Source of the DNA: Trueperaceae bacterium
Lineage (GTDB): Bacteria; Deinococcota; Deinococci; Deinococcales; Trueperaceae
Direction of reading: 5' to 3'
Assembly: GCA_965213925.1 (NCBI GenBank)
Contig: OZ243927.1
Coordinates: forward strand, 288,001 to 352,000
Length of the DNA stretch: 64,000 nt
This document shows positions 62,135 through 64,000 of the stretch, in pieces (the first letter of the stretch is position 1; each line of letters starts with the position of its first letter). The notes below the pieces were generated by a model that saw nothing but the letters and a program-made list of their open reading frames with translations, did not search any database and had not been told where the DNA came from. A program made the translations under genes and the position numbers.

Positions 62135-62200
62135 CGCCCTCACTTCGTCTAGTGGGAGCTTCGTGGTCACATTGTGGCACCCCTTTTTCAGCCTGATATA

Positions 62201-62276
62201 GCAGGTATCATCTGGTTTGAACCAACCTCACGTTATAGAACATCGTGTAGCACGCACTTCAAGTGATGATACCTGC
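62201..62276. repeat. MITE family A copy
   Basis: Perfect 12-bp TIRs GCAGGTATCATC / GATGATACCTGC. Confidence 0.8.
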
Positions 62277-62311
62277 GCCATTTCGCTCCAATACTTCCGA
62301 TAACCGCTATA

Positions 62312-62445
62312 TTGGTAGACCACGCTGAAAAAGCCACAGAAAGAGGCAGATGCAGCGGGGGGATTCATGAATCCCCCCGCCCGTTTCGTTTATGTCGCGC
62401 ACGCCCTCTAAGAAAGATGATCGTGACCTTTCTAGCGTGGTTGAG
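62312..62445. repeat. MITE family B copy
   Basis: TAGACCACGCTG...CTAGCGTGGTTGA ends; internal palindrome at 62355-62380; reverse complement of the 59885-59989 element. Confidence 0.7.
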
Positions 62446-62483
62446 CAATATACGTCGCGCAATTTCCGTATGACTACACCTCT

Positions 62484-63158
62484 TCATCCAGCTACTTGCT
62501 GCTCTTTAGGCTCCTGAATCAGCTTGATGACGCGCTCCTTGAAGCTCTGCCGGTCGTTGAGGTGGGGGAAGGGTTCATCGTTAGGTACGTCCACCTCCAG
62601 GAATTCGCCCAGCGGCTCCCAGCCCTCTTTTACGCTGTAAACGAGAAGTTTTTCGGGCGGCACGGTGCGCTTGACCTCTTCGATGTGGCTGTTAAAGACC
62701 TCTATGGCGTACGCCTTGTCCTCGAATCTGCCGTCAAAGGTGTGCTCCCATAGGAGTGACTTCACCATCCTGATAAAGGGTCGCATCGGCGGAGGCAGCG
62801 CCCCTTCTTCCATCTGGTTGCTCTGATAAATCGTCTCGCGCGCGCTCGAGTACCAAGATTCGGGGTCACGAGTCGTTAAGAGCACCTTCGCGTCCGGGTA
62901 GGCTGCCATAAGTTCTCTATAAAAGGTGCAGCCGGGCCAATCGAGCGTCGCCTTGTAACCGCTGAAAGGTTCGCTCCAGTCGGTAGGCTCGCCTGCGGCT
63001 TTGCGTTCCAAAGCGTCCTGCCACAGCGCGGCGTCCTCTGGCGTTTCTATCACCTCGAACATGTGATAGCACTTGCTAAACCCGAGTCTCTCTAACGCCG
63101 CCTTGAGCGACGTCGTGCCGGTACGCCCGAGACCTGCTCCGATTACCTCTATCGCCAT
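62484..63158 (-). CDS. Sulfotransferase-family P-loop protein (Sulfotransfer_4)
   Basis: VIGAGLGRTGT.SLK.AL..LG...CYHM, DWP, YPDAKVLLT.RD, GWEPL.EFL, PFPHLN. Confidence 0.88.
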   Translation of the reverse strand: MAIEVIGAGLGRTGTTSLKAALERLGFSKCYHMFEVIETPEDAALWQDALERKAAGEPTDWSEPFSGYKATLDWPGCTFYRELMAAYPDAKVLLTTRDPESWYSSARETIYQSNQMEEGALPPPMRPFIRMVKSLLWEHTFDGRFEDKAYAIEVFNSHIEEVKRTVPPEKLLVYSVKEGWEPLGEFLEVDVPNDEPFPHLNDRQSFKERVIKLIQEPKEQQVAG

Positions 63159-63243
63159 ATCGTCCCCTAACCCCGACTGCCCTTACAGTGTTACGCAGTA
63201 TGGCAATACTAGATGAGGATTTGAAGAGAGGTGCTCTGAGCCT

Positions 63244-64000
63244 CTACCGCTCCCCCCACGCCTCCAAAAAGTTCGTCACGAATGCGGCGCTGTTCGCCGC
63301 CGCTAGCTCGAAAAAGATAGGCAACTCGTTCGCGCCGCCCCCACCCCCGGCGAGGTCCGAAAGGGAACGAAAGGCGATATACGGAACGCCGTTGGCGTAG
63401 GCGACGTGCGCTACCGCCGCCGTCTCCATGTCCAGCGCTTGCGCCTCTAAGGTCTCCCAGACCCAGACGCGGTAGTCGGCGTTGTCCACAAAGGTCGAGC
63501 CCGACACGCCGCTCCCGCCAATGATAATATCAGTTGCGTTCTCTAAGCAGATAGCCTCAGAGGTGCAGTCCTCGAGCCCCACCCCCGGCGCGACCTCTTG
63601 TGCCACCGCCAACATCGCCGCGTCCACCTCAAACCAGAAGCGCGCTTCCGCCGCGTCCGGCTCGCCCGACGCGCTCGTCACCTCGACGTCTTTAGGAAAC
63701 ATCATGCCGTAGTTGCCGTATTCCTCTTTGTAAAAGCCCGTGTCCCACCCCTCGGCGGTCTCGCGGGCGAAGAACTGCTCCTGATACTGCGCCCAGCGCT
63801 CCGGCACGCTCACGTCGCCGACGTTCAAGTCCGGGTTCACGCCGCCCGCGATGCCGCTGAAGATAACCGCGTCGATTTCGAAGGTGTCTAACGCAAGCTG
63901 CGTCGTCATCGCCGCGTTGACCATGCTCACGCCGGAGAGGAACAGCACGACCTCGTTGCCCGCTAGGGTGCCGAGGGTAAAGGTGCGCCCGTTGATGATT
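63244..64000 (-). CDS. MTA/SAH nucleosidase family protein, 5'-partial
   Basis: SGVSMVNAA, FSGIAGG, GDV, DMETAAVA, FRSLSDLAG; frame is open to the window end. Confidence 0.88.
   Translation of the reverse strand, partial: IINGRTFTLGTLAGNEVVLFLSGVSMVNAAMTTQLALDTFEIDAVIFSGIAGGVNPDLNVGDVSVPERWAQYQEQFFARETAEGWDTGFYKEEYGNYGMMFPKDVEVTSASGEPDAAEARFWFEVDAAMLAVAQEVAPGVGLEDCTSEAICLENATDIIIGGSGVSGSTFVDNADYRVWVWETLEAQALDMETAAVAHVAYANGVPYIAFRSLSDLAGGGGGANELPIFFELAAANSAAFVTNFLEAWGER

Overview
Chromosomal window (about 60% GC) from a Deinococcota bacterium, probably Deinococcales/Trueperaceae-like. The evidence is a clear ddrI orthologue, an EF-P with a KMGRGG loop, and many leaderless TAnnnT-N5-8-start promoters. 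Most genes are housekeeping: speD-speE, recQ, an opp/dpp ABC operon, SAM-I riboswitch-metF-metH, efp-accB-accC-asp23-nusB-folD, rseP and gatC. Mobile DNA includes an intact IS1 with an 8-bp target duplication, several MITE/REP/heptamer repeat families and relics of other elements. Three things stand out. (1) An intact LtrA-like group IIA intron (2735-5170) sits exactly inside catalytic domain V of another group II intron, and its candidate EBS1/EBS2 are complementary to that domain V. (2) A copper cluster (ytkA-like, copC, copD, mbnP, mbnH, an M48-like pseudo-protease, a 4Fe-4S membrane protein, a second copD) has no methanobactin genes and contains a small His-rich ORF ending in the ribosome-arrest motif RAPP just upstream of copC. 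(3) A TetA(P)-like efflux gene has a leaderless 8-codon uORF and a hairpin over its start codon. There is also a standalone T4 Rnl1-type RNA ligase. Single-base frameshifts in recQ and mbnH may be assembly errors. All calls are by eye; no searches were run.
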